A stretch of DNA of 64,000 nt from Planctomycetales bacterium. GTDB lineage: Bacteria; Planctomycetota; Planctomycetia; Pirellulales; Lacipirellulaceae. The number at the start of each line of letters is the position of its first letter. Positions within the stretch are counted from its first letter, which is position 1. This document shows, piece after piece, positions 21,939 to 31,061 of this stretch. The position numbers and the translations under genes were made by a program. The notes below the pieces were generated by a model. That model was not told the DNA's origin. It ran no database searches and saw only the letters and a program-made list of their open reading frames with translations. The stretch covers positions 149 to 64,148 of the forward strand of contig JAGQOW010000012.1 of the NCBI GenBank assembly GCA_020427155.1, read 5' to 3'.

Positions 21939-22868
21939 ATGTTTCCCCGCAAGGTTGGTTCCGCTTGGGAAATCTTCACCCCAGCCAAGCTGAATCTCTA
22001 CTTGGAAGTTCTGGGGCCGAAATCCGAGGGTTTCCATCCCCTGGAAACCTTGATGACCCCAGTGCGGATTTTCGATCAAATCCGCTGGATGCCGGGGTCC
22101 CCCGGTCGCCTCAAGCCGAAGCTGCAAATCTGCAATCTCCTGGCAACCAGTCGAGGGCCTGCCATTTCCCTTGGCCCTCAGCCAGACAACCTCGTTATGC
22201 GAGCTGCCGAAAAACTGGCCCGCTCGGCAGGCGTCGAGCATCACGGCACTTTTCAGCTCGTCAAGCGGATTCCCGTGCAAGCCGGCCTTGGCGGAGGCAG
22301 CAGCGACGCCGCGGCGACCCTTCAACTGCTTAATGTCGCCTGGAACATTCACTACGACCCATCGCGACTGAGGCAACTTGCCGCCGAACTTGGCAGCGAC
22401 GTCCCCTTCTTCGTGGGTTCCGGCCCAGCGATCTGTCGCGGTCGCGGAGAGCAAATCGAGCGGGTTGCCGGCTTGCCTCGATTGGCCCTGGTGATTGTCA
22501 AACCACCGGTAGGGCTCTCAACCCAACAAGTATTCGATCGTCTGCACAACGATGGCCTTCCATCCGTCGACCAGCAGCTTCCCTCGGCCAAGCGGCTCGC
22601 ATTGCTTGTTTCAGCGCTTCGTCGCGGAGCGTTGGCTGACGCCGGGCAACGGATCTTTAACCGTTTGGAAGCGGTAGCCGAACAGCTGACGCCATGGATC
22701 GTGCGTTTGCGGCAGGTATTTAACCAATGTGGCTGTCACGGACATTTCATGACCGGAAGCGGTACCGCCTATGCAGGAGTCATGCGTTCCGCCAAGCAGG
22801 CTCGCCTAGTTGCCCGCTCATTGGCATGCAGAGATTTAGGAAGTATTTTTGCAACCTCCAGTTGTTAG
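21939..22868 (+). CDS. ispE: 4-diphosphocytidyl-2-C-methyl-D-erythritol kinase
   Basis: PAKLNLYL, KRIP.QAGLGGGSSDAA, GSDVPFF, MTGSG. Confidence 0.95.
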   Translation: MFPRKVGSAWEIFTPAKLNLYLEVLGPKSEGFHPLETLMTPVRIFDQIRWMPGSPGRLKPKLQICNLLATSRGPAISLGPQPDNLVMRAAEKLARSAGVEHHGTFQLVKRIPVQAGLGGGSSDAAATLQLLNVAWNIHYDPSRLRQLAAELGSDVPFFVGSGPAICRGRGEQIERVAGLPRLALVIVKPPVGLSTQQVFDRLHNDGLPSVDQQLPSAKRLALLVSALRRGALADAGQRIFNRLEAVAEQLTPWIVRLRQVFNQCGCHGHFMTGSGTAYAGVMRSAKQARLVARSLACRDLGSIFATSSC

Positions 22869-22940
22869 TCGAGTTCCCAGACGAATCGATGGCCAAATCA
22901 TGACTAAGCACTAGCGTTCTACTTCGCAGGGAGAACAGTC

Positions 22941-23573
22941 GTGGAAATCACCGAAGTGCGAATCAAGCTCATGGACGAACCGGGCGAACGACTCAAGGCG
23001 TTCTGCTCGATAACTTTCGACAACTGTTTTGTGGTTCGAGATTTGAAGATTATCGAAGGCTCCAGCGGCCCCTTTGTCGCGATGCCCAGCCGCAAGCTGA
23101 CCTCCCATTGTCCGAAGTGTCGCACCAAGAACCACCTCCGCTCGCAACACTGTAACCAATGTGGTGCAAAGCTCGATCCCAATCGCATGGCAACCGATAG
23201 CGACGGTCGCGCCAAGCTTTATGCCGACATCGCCCACCCCATCAACTCCGCTTGCCGCGAAATGATCCAGGAATCGGTGATTCAGGAATTCCACGAAGAA
23301 ACCAAGCGATCCCAGGAACCAAACTACGTTTCGCGGTACGACGACTTCGACCTCGACTACGAAGAACCTTCGCCGACAACACCCAGCAAGCGAACTACTG
23401 AAAGCCGTGTCGATCCTGCCCACGAGAAACACGGTCAACACGTGCCTCGCTCAGGCGGCTCCGCTGAACAGGCCTCTTCAGACCGCACCGGCCCGCTTCC
23501 TCACAGCGCCGCCGAGCCGTCCCGTTCACGCGAAGCAGGTGGTTTCGGTTCGGGAGTCTTTCCAGACGAATAG
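22941..23573 (+). CDS. spoVG: SpoVG-family nucleic-acid-binding protein with Cys4 insert and disordered tail
   Basis: [46 protein letters not shown]; GTG start with GGAG RBS. Confidence 0.92.
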   Translation: MEITEVRIKLMDEPGERLKAFCSITFDNCFVVRDLKIIEGSSGPFVAMPSRKLTSHCPKCRTKNHLRSQHCNQCGAKLDPNRMATDSDGRAKLYADIAHPINSACREMIQESVIQEFHEETKRSQEPNYVSRYDDFDLDYEEPSPTTPSKRTTESRVDPAHEKHGQHVPRSGGSAEQASSDRTGPLPHSAAEPSRSREAGGFGSGVFPDE

Positions 23574-23814
23574 CGCCCTGACGCTGAATCGGAACTACGC
23601 CGGGCCACTTCCCCATGTTTGTGGTGCGCGTTCGGCCACACAAAGCGCTCCAACTTTCCTCCTGAAGTCTATCGCAACTACGCGAATGGCTTTCAACGCA
23701 CATTGCGGAGCTTAAGGAGCAGCCGCGTTGCAAACTCCTGCGAGCAAGCCTTGCCGGATGTACTTGTACACTCGAATATTCCAGTCGCGCCGCGCAAAAC
23801 TCTGCCAGCATTGC

Positions 23815-23842
23815 TGAAGCCGCCAGCAAATCTTGCCGATAA
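23815..23842 (+). promoter_or_regulatory. candidate sigma-28(FliA)-like promoter
   Basis: TGAAG-N15-GCCGATAA with a perfect -10 box. Confidence 0.5.
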
Positions 23843-23944
23843 CTTACTCTGTCGCTAAAGACCCCAATTTACCAAATCAACCCAGAACACGAGACACTGC
23901 TATTTTACAATCCTAACTTGCTACCACGGAGGTGTGCGATCTCG

Positions 23945-24262
23945 ATGGTGGAGCACTGTTCCCGCTTTCATAACTTTGAAGATCTTCGCCGTTACGTCAC
24001 AACAACCCTTAGCAACCTGGAGCTACTAAAACCCGAGAGTTCACAACTCACCCTGAGATTGCTCACCCGATGCGGCCAACCTTGTGGAGTCTACTTCTGC
24101 TTGCATGGCCCCCGCCAAGTCAAACTGACCGCGATTTGGGAAACCGACGCAAACACGATCTTGTTCTACGGCTCGCGCGGCGAACGCGTAGGAAAGACCT
24201 GCTTGGCCGAGGCGCCCGTATTGGAGGTGCAAGCAATCGCCTGCAGCGGCATCGCTGCCTGA
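23945..24262 (+). CDS. small hypothetical protein (resembles a conserved planctomycete family)
   Basis: GGAGG upstream; motif PCG.YFCLHGPR.V.LTAIWETD.NTILFYGS.GER looks like a folded conserved domain (recognition, not search). Confidence 0.75.
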   Translation: MVEHCSRFHNFEDLRRYVTTTLSNLELLKPESSQLTLRLLTRCGQPCGVYFCLHGPRQVKLTAIWETDANTILFYGSRGERVGKTCLAEAPVLEVQAIACSGIAA

Positions 24263-24436
24263 CCAAACTTCCTCAACCGACCAGCAAGGCAGCTGGCATA
24301 CGGGCTGAGTAGGTGGTCAAAAAAAGTACGAGCACTTGGTCGCTTCAGAATTTGGAGTTGCCAAGCCAATCGAACTGAGAGTATACTATACATACGTACA
24401 CAATCCCGTCACGGGTCTCGCAAGGAGGTGCAAACA

Positions 24437-24637
24437 ATGCTGGTATTGTCGAGAAAAGAAACTCAACGGATTCGCTTGGGCGACTCCATTGTCATCACCG
24501 TCGTCCGCCTGGGAGGCGACAAAGTTCGCCTGGGCATCCAGGCCCCCAAAGACATGCTCGTACTCCGCGATGAGTTGGAGCCCTTCGCCGAGATCGCCGA
24601 GCCTGAGGAAGCACCTTGCCTTGCTCGTAGCGCCTAG
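24437..24637 (+). CDS. csrA: carbon storage regulator, CsrA/RsmA family
   Basis: MLVLSRK..Q.I..G..I.ITVV...GDKVRLGIQAP....VLR.EL, with the RNA-binding Arg44 equivalent present; AAGGAGG RBS. Confidence 0.95.
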   Translation: MLVLSRKETQRIRLGDSIVITVVRLGGDKVRLGIQAPKDMLVLRDELEPFAEIAEPEEAPCLARSA

Positions 24638-24919
24638 CCCACCTCCCGGAGCTCGCCCAGGTTTGTGCCGAGGCCTGGAGCTTGAGCCCAACATGGAGAC
24701 TCCGGGGCGAAGCTGGCCGCCCTGGAGCATCCGGAGAGCCGGGCGCAAGAAACAGGCCGCCGAGCACTTGGGCCGGCGGCCTTATCCCTTATGCAGCAAT
24801 ATGTTTGGGCTTGGCTTTTGGGCCAAAAACCTGCCAAGCGCTGCAGCGCCAGCTCATGGGCCACAAAAACCTGCCAAACCGTCTCCGACGAAGTCTCCTA
24901 CGACACCTAGCCGCAACCC

Positions 24920-25150
24920 TCAGTCGCGGGGTCGCACAGCGCCCGTCAAACCGCTGTAGTCGGCCCGGTCATTCTCGTGCCAGAGGGGCTGCCCCATTCT
25001 CACACGCTCGGCCATTACTTCCAGCTTTTCACGCGACCCGGCTGGCGCCTGGGTCTCCACGAACCGGGAGTCTGCTGTCGGCGCAAAGTCTTCATCGTGG
25101 CCATACTTCAAAATGGCTTCAAATACGTTCTTCAGTTTGGGATCAGACAT
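24920..25150 (-). CDS. small hypothetical protein (resembles a conserved planctomycete family)
   Basis: GGAG RBS; motif T.APAGS.EKLEV.AER...G.PLWHE.D; convergent with csrA. Confidence 0.75.
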   Translation of the reverse strand: MSDPKLKNVFEAILKYGHDEDFAPTADSRFVETQAPAGSREKLEVMAERVRMGQPLWHENDRADYSGLTGAVRPRD

Positions 25151-25333
25151 GCTCTTGATTCTCCAATCGTCTTCTCTGTTGATCGCCGGCGAGGCCGAAC
25201 CCAAGGAAGGCCTTCCATACCACGTCCTGGCTCGGAATGATCAACACTCTGGGGTGGGGTAAACCGCAATTCGCGAAGCCGCACTGACACACTGACGCCA
25301 GACGGCGTTTGATAGTTAAGCTCCAAGCATAGG

Positions 25334-25361
25334 ATTATTACCACCTGAGCAGACAAGTCAA
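25334..25361 (-). promoter_or_regulatory. possible sigma-70-type promoter for the 24920-25150 gene
   Basis: Minus strand TTGACT-N16-AATAAT in an AT-rich intergenic region. Confidence 0.4.
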
Positions 25362-25699
25362 GTTTTTTCTCGCATGCTCTTGACATATAGCAGCTGTTCG
25401 ACGTTCTCAATCGCAAAAATCTGAGGCGCAGGCAGCTTGCGACTTTTCCACAAGCTTTTCTGTTGAGACGTCAAACATGACTTTTCTGGTTTGCTTGATC
25501 CAATTTCACAGGATTGGCTGCTTTGTCCACCTGGATAGTGGACATTTTATCAGCAAGGAAATTCCCCTGGACCAAAGAGTTTTGAGCCCTCTGGTTACAT
25601 AGAGGTGAGTACTACTCGGAAATAACCATATTCTTTGTGTAAGATGTCGCTTTTGCGTTTCTCTCTCCCTCTGAACACTCGTACCCCGCTTTCTCGCCC

Positions 25700-26119
25700 A
25701 TGCCCTGGATTCAACGAACTGTCAAGCTGCGCCCACTGCCACGCGGCTTCCATCTCGTGACCCGCGAGGTGCTGGAAGCTCTCCCCGAGCTCGAAGGCAT
25801 TCAAACCGGTTTGCTGCATATCTTCATCCAGCACACCTCGGCATCGTTGTCAATCAACGAGAATGCCGACTCGGACGTTCCTCGCGACCTGGAAAGCTCT
25901 TTCTCGGACATTGTCCCTGAGTCCTTCCCCTACCGACATACTTGCGAAGGCCCAGACGACATGCCGGCCCACGTCAAGTCGTCGCTTCTCGGCTGCTCGC
26001 TCTCGATTCCCATCTGCCATGGGGCGCCGTGCCTAGGCACCTGGCAAGGGATTTACCTCTGCGAACACCGCAACCGCGCGAGCGGTCGACGACTGGTCCT
26101 CACCGTTTTCGGCGAATGA
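25700..26119 (+). CDS. yjbQ: YjbQ (UPF0047) family protein
   Basis: HTSASL.INENAD.DV, Y.H..EG.DDMPAH.K, LGTWQGIYLCEHR. Confidence 0.95.
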   Translation: MPWIQRTVKLRPLPRGFHLVTREVLEALPELEGIQTGLLHIFIQHTSASLSINENADSDVPRDLESSFSDIVPESFPYRHTCEGPDDMPAHVKSSLLGCSLSIPICHGAPCLGTWQGIYLCEHRNRASGRRLVLTVFGE

Positions 26120-26173
26120 CTTACGGGGAATGTCCGCAGCTTCGGATCGAAAGCCGAGAAGCTGCTTTGCTGC

Positions 26174-27286
26174 TTACGATTCCTGGCACGCATCTCTAGC
26201 GACACGCCCGTGGATATAGACATCTCCCTCGAGCACTTCCACTTCCACCGAGTTCAGCTCGACGGCATCAGCCATCTGGGCGAGGCCCTTCCCTGCCGTC
26301 GGGCCAAGTGATTCTACCCCTCCGATTAACTTTGGCGCGATGAATGCATGAATCTCGTCAATTGCATTCAAGTCGAGCAGCGTGCCCAACACGTGAGCTC
26401 CTCCCTCGACCATCACATGCGTCCACTGCCGGCGACCCATTTCTGCGAGCAAGAAATCCATTCGAGAAGCCTCACTCTTCCCCTCCACCTTCAGAACCTC
26501 TATGCCCAGGCTGGTTAGTCTTTCGATGCGATCTGCAGGAGCATCGCTGGCAACGACCACCAGCACAGGCCCCTCTGCCAAAGTCTGCGCCAATTGGCTA
26601 TCAACCGACAATGATGCCAAGCGGTCGAGCACTACTCGCGCTGCTGTGCGCGGCCCAGGCGGTCGCGCGGTCAGCAAAGGATCGTCAGCCTCGACCGTAC
26701 CGCGACCGACGACAATCGCATCCACTTCTCCCCGCAGCCGATGCACTACCGCGCGCGAAGCCTCGCCGCTGATCCACTGACTGTTGCCGGTTCGGCTCGC
26801 CAGTTTGCCATCCAGCGTCATCGCCCATTTGGCCGTGACCCAAGGTTTGCCAGTCGACGTCAGCTTGGCGAACGGTGCGATCAGCTGATGGGCTTGCTCG
26901 GTCAACACGCCTGTTCGCACTTCAATTCCCGCGGCATGCAATTCGGCCAACCCACGACCGGCAACCACCGGATTGGGGTCCTGGCAGCCAACGACTACGC
27001 CAGCCACTCCCGCCTCGATCAAGGCCTTGGTGCAAGGCCCCGTCTTACCTTCATGACAGCATGGCTCGAGCGTGACATAGACAACCGCACCACGCGCTCG
27101 CTCTCCGCTGGATGACAAGGCTTCGATCTCGGCATGCGGACCGCCGTAGCGCCGGTGCCAACCTTCACCGACGATCTCACCGGCCTGAACGACTACACAC
27201 CCCACCAGCGGATTTGGCTCGACCCAACCTCGCCCGCGCGCGGCTAGCTCCAACGCACGCAACATGAATTCCTGATCGTCAGACAT
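26174..27286 (-). CDS. ribD: bifunctional riboflavin biosynthesis deaminase/reductase
   Basis: PNP.VGC, HAE, TLEPCCH.G.T.PC, K.A.TLDGK, DDP.LTAR, VEGG. Confidence 0.97.
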   Translation of the reverse strand: MSDDQEFMLRALELAARGRGWVEPNPLVGCVVVQAGEIVGEGWHRRYGGPHAEIEALSSSGERARGAVVYVTLEPCCHEGKTGPCTKALIEAGVAGVVVGCQDPNPVVAGRGLAELHAAGIEVRTGVLTEQAHQLIAPFAKLTSTGKPWVTAKWAMTLDGKLASRTGNSQWISGEASRAVVHRLRGEVDAIVVGRGTVEADDPLLTARPPGPRTAARVVLDRLASLSVDSQLAQTLAEGPVLVVVASDAPADRIERLTSLGIEVLKVEGKSEASRMDFLLAEMGRRQWTHVMVEGGAHVLGTLLDLNAIDEIHAFIAPKLIGGVESLGPTAGKGLAQMADAVELNSVEVEVLEGDVYIHGRVARDACQES

Positions 27287-27413
27287 TGCAATCGAACGTC
27301 TCTGTGAGACCAAAGGCCTTGGAACCGATTTTGAAAGCTTGAGCCGAACGCGCTAGCGTCGGGTAGTGATGAAAGAAACAGTCCGCCTGAAGCCTAACAC
27401 TTCCCACCCCGCT

Positions 27414-29528
27414 CTAAGGCGTCCAAATCGCAGACTTGCCTTCGCTGCCTGCAGGCTCAACCGGCGAAGACTCGTCGGGGGTCCAGATGCGTTTACTTTC
27501 TTCAGCAGGAGCTACCTGCCCGCCCGGACGGCTGGCGGTAGGTGGCGCCAGCAGGCCCGCCTCCGACAACATCCTGTGGGTCGCCTCGGCAACGCCCGGT
27601 TCGTTGAGATGCTTCTCGCGTATCTCATTGAGCGCCCGCTGTACCCGCTCTGCAATACCCTGCTGTATGGAAATCTCCAACTCCATCAACGCCCATTCTG
27701 CCGTCGAGCTGCCGTTGTTCTGAGACCAGGCACGAGCTTTTTCAATCCAATCCAGCGCGCGCTGTGCGTCTGCCTCCAGGCGGATCAACTGCCGATAGCC
27801 CGGTGCCGCATCGACACTTTCGTCCAGTTGCGGACGACCTACCAGTTCCTCCGACACCAGCTGCGAGGCCAGACTCGCTCCCATCAGCACTGCGCGGTCC
27901 AGAAGCTTGGCGAGCGCCGTATCAGCGACTCGCGATAGGTCCAGCCGAGGAACTCGCACAATCGGCAACAATTCCAAGTCGACCCCTTCCGGGTCAATCG
28001 GCTCCGGTTCAGGAATTTCGAGCTTCTTTCGCAGTTCGACAAAGATTGGCAACTCGCTCGGATCGGCCGCAGCTTGCTCGACAATCAAGGCACTGGCCAA
28101 CAGCGGAATGCGAAGTGAGGCTTCGCCAACCGCCGATCGAGGCGACTTGCCGTCGAGTGCGGCACGTGGGGCGTCTGTCCAGCGATTAACTATTGCCTCG
28201 CGTCGTTCCTCGGCCAACAACTGCCGACGATGCTCCATGGGAGTATCATCCGGCAATCGCCACCGCCAACTGAGCGCCTCTTCGCTGATCGACTTTTGCG
28301 CCCGCACTTCCTCTTCCTGCAGTTCGCCAACCGAGTCGCCGGCAATCTCTCCTAGCAAGCTCTTCACTTCGTCGAATTGAGCGTTACGATCCGTCGTCAC
28401 TTCCAGCCGAGCTTCGCGGTCGGTCCGCTTGCCATAGACGCTCAAAAACGCCACAACGTTCGGCACCTCGGTCCGTGCCAATTCCGCTCCTGAGCTTGGA
28501 GTCGGTCGATCGAGCAGAATGTGTGCGCTGCGAGGCCGTGTCGCTTGATCTGCATCTTGGCCATCCCTGCCCAGCGGGTAGTCTTCGACTCGCTTATCTC
28601 CTGCGAACTTTTCCGCAAGCGAATCGATGTCGCTGATCAGATAAGACAGCTGAAGTGTGTCGAGCGTCGGGTCAACCAAATCGGGATCCACCAGTTGAGC
28701 TATTGCCTCGGCTTCAACAGCATTGTCCAACGGGGCGTCCAGCTTGGCATACTCGTGAAATCCAGCGGCAAAAGCGGCCGATTGGCCGAGCCAACCTCGC
28801 ATCACCGCCAGGTTATATACAACTTCCGGCACCGCCCCCACTTCCTCGCGCAACTTCGCAAGCGTCGCCTCCGCACGACGCCACAAGCCGCGCGAAGATT
28901 CCTTGGTCGCCTTCGTGAATTGCTCTTGCCAATCTACTGCTGCCGGACAATCGGCCAATAGCAAATACTCTCGCATTAACAGCGGCAATCCGGCTTGAAG
29001 ATTCATCCGCAACAACAACTCGACCGCTCGATTGTCTTGCTCCGGTGCAATCGTTGCATATAGCAGCAGATGACCCCGCGCAGCCACCAGTTCCCCCTCG
29101 ATCAGCAGCGCTTGACCTACGCCCCCAATCGCTTCGAGCACGCGCAGCGGCATGTCGTCTTCGAGCAGCTCGAGCGCATCCTGTAACGGGCCGATGGCCT
29201 CGGTACCCGTTGCAGTCGCAGCTGCCAGCAAGGCGGCTTGCGCATGAGCCGAAGGGTTTCGAGGATGGACCCGCCGGAAGAGATCGATCTGCTCGCGGGC
29301 AGCATCGAACTCGTGTAATGCCAGCTGCAGCGCAATGCACAAATCCAGCAGCGATTCGCGCTGAGGCTGCTTCTCTAGCAACCGCTCAACATGCCGAAGT
29401 GCCGCATGCGGCTGCTCACCGTCGACCATTTTCTGTACTTTTTCGATCTCCGTAGCGAGATCGGCACAGCAGAACTTCAACTTCTTGCCACTGCCACATG
29501 GGCACGGCGAATAGGGGTCGAGAGCCAT
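27414..29528 (-). CDS. SEC-C motif plus TPR-like repeat protein
   Basis: N-terminal DPYSPCPCGSGKKLKFCC followed by helical repeats; C-terminal IWTP twice. Confidence 0.85.
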   Translation of the reverse strand: MALDPYSPCPCGSGKKLKFCCADLATEIEKVQKMVDGEQPHAALRHVERLLEKQPQRESLLDLCIALQLALHEFDAAREQIDLFRRVHPRNPSAHAQAALLAAATATGTEAIGPLQDALELLEDDMPLRVLEAIGGVGQALLIEGELVAARGHLLLYATIAPEQDNRAVELLLRMNLQAGLPLLMREYLLLADCPAAVDWQEQFTKATKESSRGLWRRAEATLAKLREEVGAVPEVVYNLAVMRGWLGQSAAFAAGFHEYAKLDAPLDNAVEAEAIAQLVDPDLVDPTLDTLQLSYLISDIDSLAEKFAGDKRVEDYPLGRDGQDADQATRPRSAHILLDRPTPSSGAELARTEVPNVVAFLSVYGKRTDREARLEVTTDRNAQFDEVKSLLGEIAGDSVGELQEEEVRAQKSISEEALSWRWRLPDDTPMEHRRQLLAEERREAIVNRWTDAPRAALDGKSPRSAVGEASLRIPLLASALIVEQAAADPSELPIFVELRKKLEIPEPEPIDPEGVDLELLPIVRVPRLDLSRVADTALAKLLDRAVLMGASLASQLVSEELVGRPQLDESVDAAPGYRQLIRLEADAQRALDWIEKARAWSQNNGSSTAEWALMELEISIQQGIAERVQRALNEIREKHLNEPGVAEATHRMLSEAGLLAPPTASRPGGQVAPAEESKRIWTPDESSPVEPAGSEGKSAIWTP

Positions 29529-29688
29529 GACAATTCGAGTCCTTAAAGAATAAGTGGTTGCGCCCGACTCGAGCAGCAGTAGAGCGACAAGAGTACGGAT
29601 CGTACCACAGCCGCTCGCCACCGGCGAGCCAGTACCACGACTTACTCAAACTGCGATCTTGCCCGGCCGACCGGTCTGGGCCGCGGCA

Positions 29689-30744
29689 TCAGGTGGCCAG
29701 CGCCCCGCGTTTCTCTTCGATCAAGGCGATCAGGGCCTGCTGCGGATCGGCGAATTTCTTGATTCCCTCGGCCATCAAGAAATCTTCCAGTCGCTGCATA
29801 TCGACTTGCGAGGCGATCTCCTGAATGACCTCCGCGGGCGGCATTTCGTCAACTCGACGAGTGAACTCCCGACCGCTCTTTTCCACCTCCTCATTCGTCG
29901 CCGGAGGGTTCGTCTGAATGTCGCTCCCGGCCAACGCCTCCACGTACTTCCACGGGGGATCGTCTGGATTCTTCGTGCCGGTACTGGCAAACACCATCTC
30001 CTGCTCGAGCGGCGTAGGCCGGCTTCGCCAAAACTCTTGGTTGTCTCGCCAAATCTGCTTGGCGTTCACAATCCCCACCAGTCCCTGCGAGGCTGGCGAC
30101 AACTGCGGCACGTGCTGCTTCGTGTAGGCGTCAACCCGGGAAACAAAAATACTGTATACACTCTTAAAGTGTTCGAAGTTACCAAGCCGCTGAGCGCCAC
30201 GCCAAACCGCCTCGCGCGCCGCCTGGTACTGCCTGAGCGTAAAGATCAACGTGACATTCAGCGGAACGCCTCGAGCGGCCAATTCTTCCACAGCTGCCAA
30301 GCCGGCCGCTGTCGCGGGAACCTTAATCATCCGGTTCTTTCGCCCCGCCGACCACTTGCTGCCCAGCTCAACATATTGGGCAACGCGTTCTTCGTCCGAT
30401 AGTGAGTTTCCAGGCTCCTCCAACAGCGGGTCTACTTCGAAGCTTACGTAACCGTCGTTCCCGGCTGTTGCTTCCCAAACCGGCAGGAAAACTTCCTGGG
30501 CATACGCCACCACTTGATCTGTCAACGCCCAAGCAGTGTCATTGGCAGAGAGCCCTTCTTGGCCAAGCAGCCGAGCCAAATCCTGATCGTAACGGCCTGT
30601 TTTGATCAGTTCGCTGATGATGATCGGGTTGGAAGTAGCCCCGGTGGCGCCAAGCTGGCGCGAGGCCTTCACCAACTCTGGATCAACCGAATCGAGCCAC
30701 AACTTCGTGCCAGCCTCGATCAGGCTCGCTAATGAAGATTTCAT
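29689..30744 (-). CDS. tal: transaldolase family protein
   Basis: [20 protein letters not shown], catalytic [27 protein letters not shown]. Confidence 0.92.
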   Translation of the reverse strand: MKSSLASLIEAGTKLWLDSVDPELVKASRQLGATGATSNPIIISELIKTGRYDQDLARLLGQEGLSANDTAWALTDQVVAYAQEVFLPVWEATAGNDGYVSFEVDPLLEEPGNSLSDEERVAQYVELGSKWSAGRKNRMIKVPATAAGLAAVEELAARGVPLNVTLIFTLRQYQAAREAVWRGAQRLGNFEHFKSVYSIFVSRVDAYTKQHVPQLSPASQGLVGIVNAKQIWRDNQEFWRSRPTPLEQEMVFASTGTKNPDDPPWKYVEALAGSDIQTNPPATNEEVEKSGREFTRRVDEMPPAEVIQEIASQVDMQRLEDFLMAEGIKKFADPQQALIALIEEKRGALAT

Positions 30745-31061
30745 GATGATCAAAGACTCCAAATGACTCTGAGCTGTCACAACAGAGACTGGTGGCAATT
30801 CTTCCTCTGGTAGTCGCGATTCGCAACCCTGCGTAACTTCTACTTGCACCCTTGGCCAGCATTCACTGACAGCACAAACCAGGAAGTTTAAGAACTTTGC
30901 AGAATCCCGAGGAGCCTTGCCTATTGGACCAATCGTAACGATTTTTCCGATTCTAGCGGATATTCCTGTATGTGAAACCTGTCTGAGACGATGAATCCTT
31001 TGTGCGAGATTTCGGCGCAACGTGCGCCAATTTCAGCAGTCCGTTTGTGAGGGAGGCCATC

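Noticed and set aside
24336-25158. ORFs 24336-24959 and 24682-25158
   Set aside because: They overlap csrA and a better minus-strand gene, and have the low-complexity composition of shadow ORFs.
25330-25700. Possible oriC (AT-rich region with a DnaA box)
   Set aside because: Only one good DnaA box, and the C-rich skew does not appear to switch across this point.
27341-27410. REP/REPIN-like GAGCCGAACGCGCTAGCGTCGGGT
   Set aside because: It resembles planctomycete extragenic repeats, but there is one degenerate copy in the window, so it cannot be supported without the genome.
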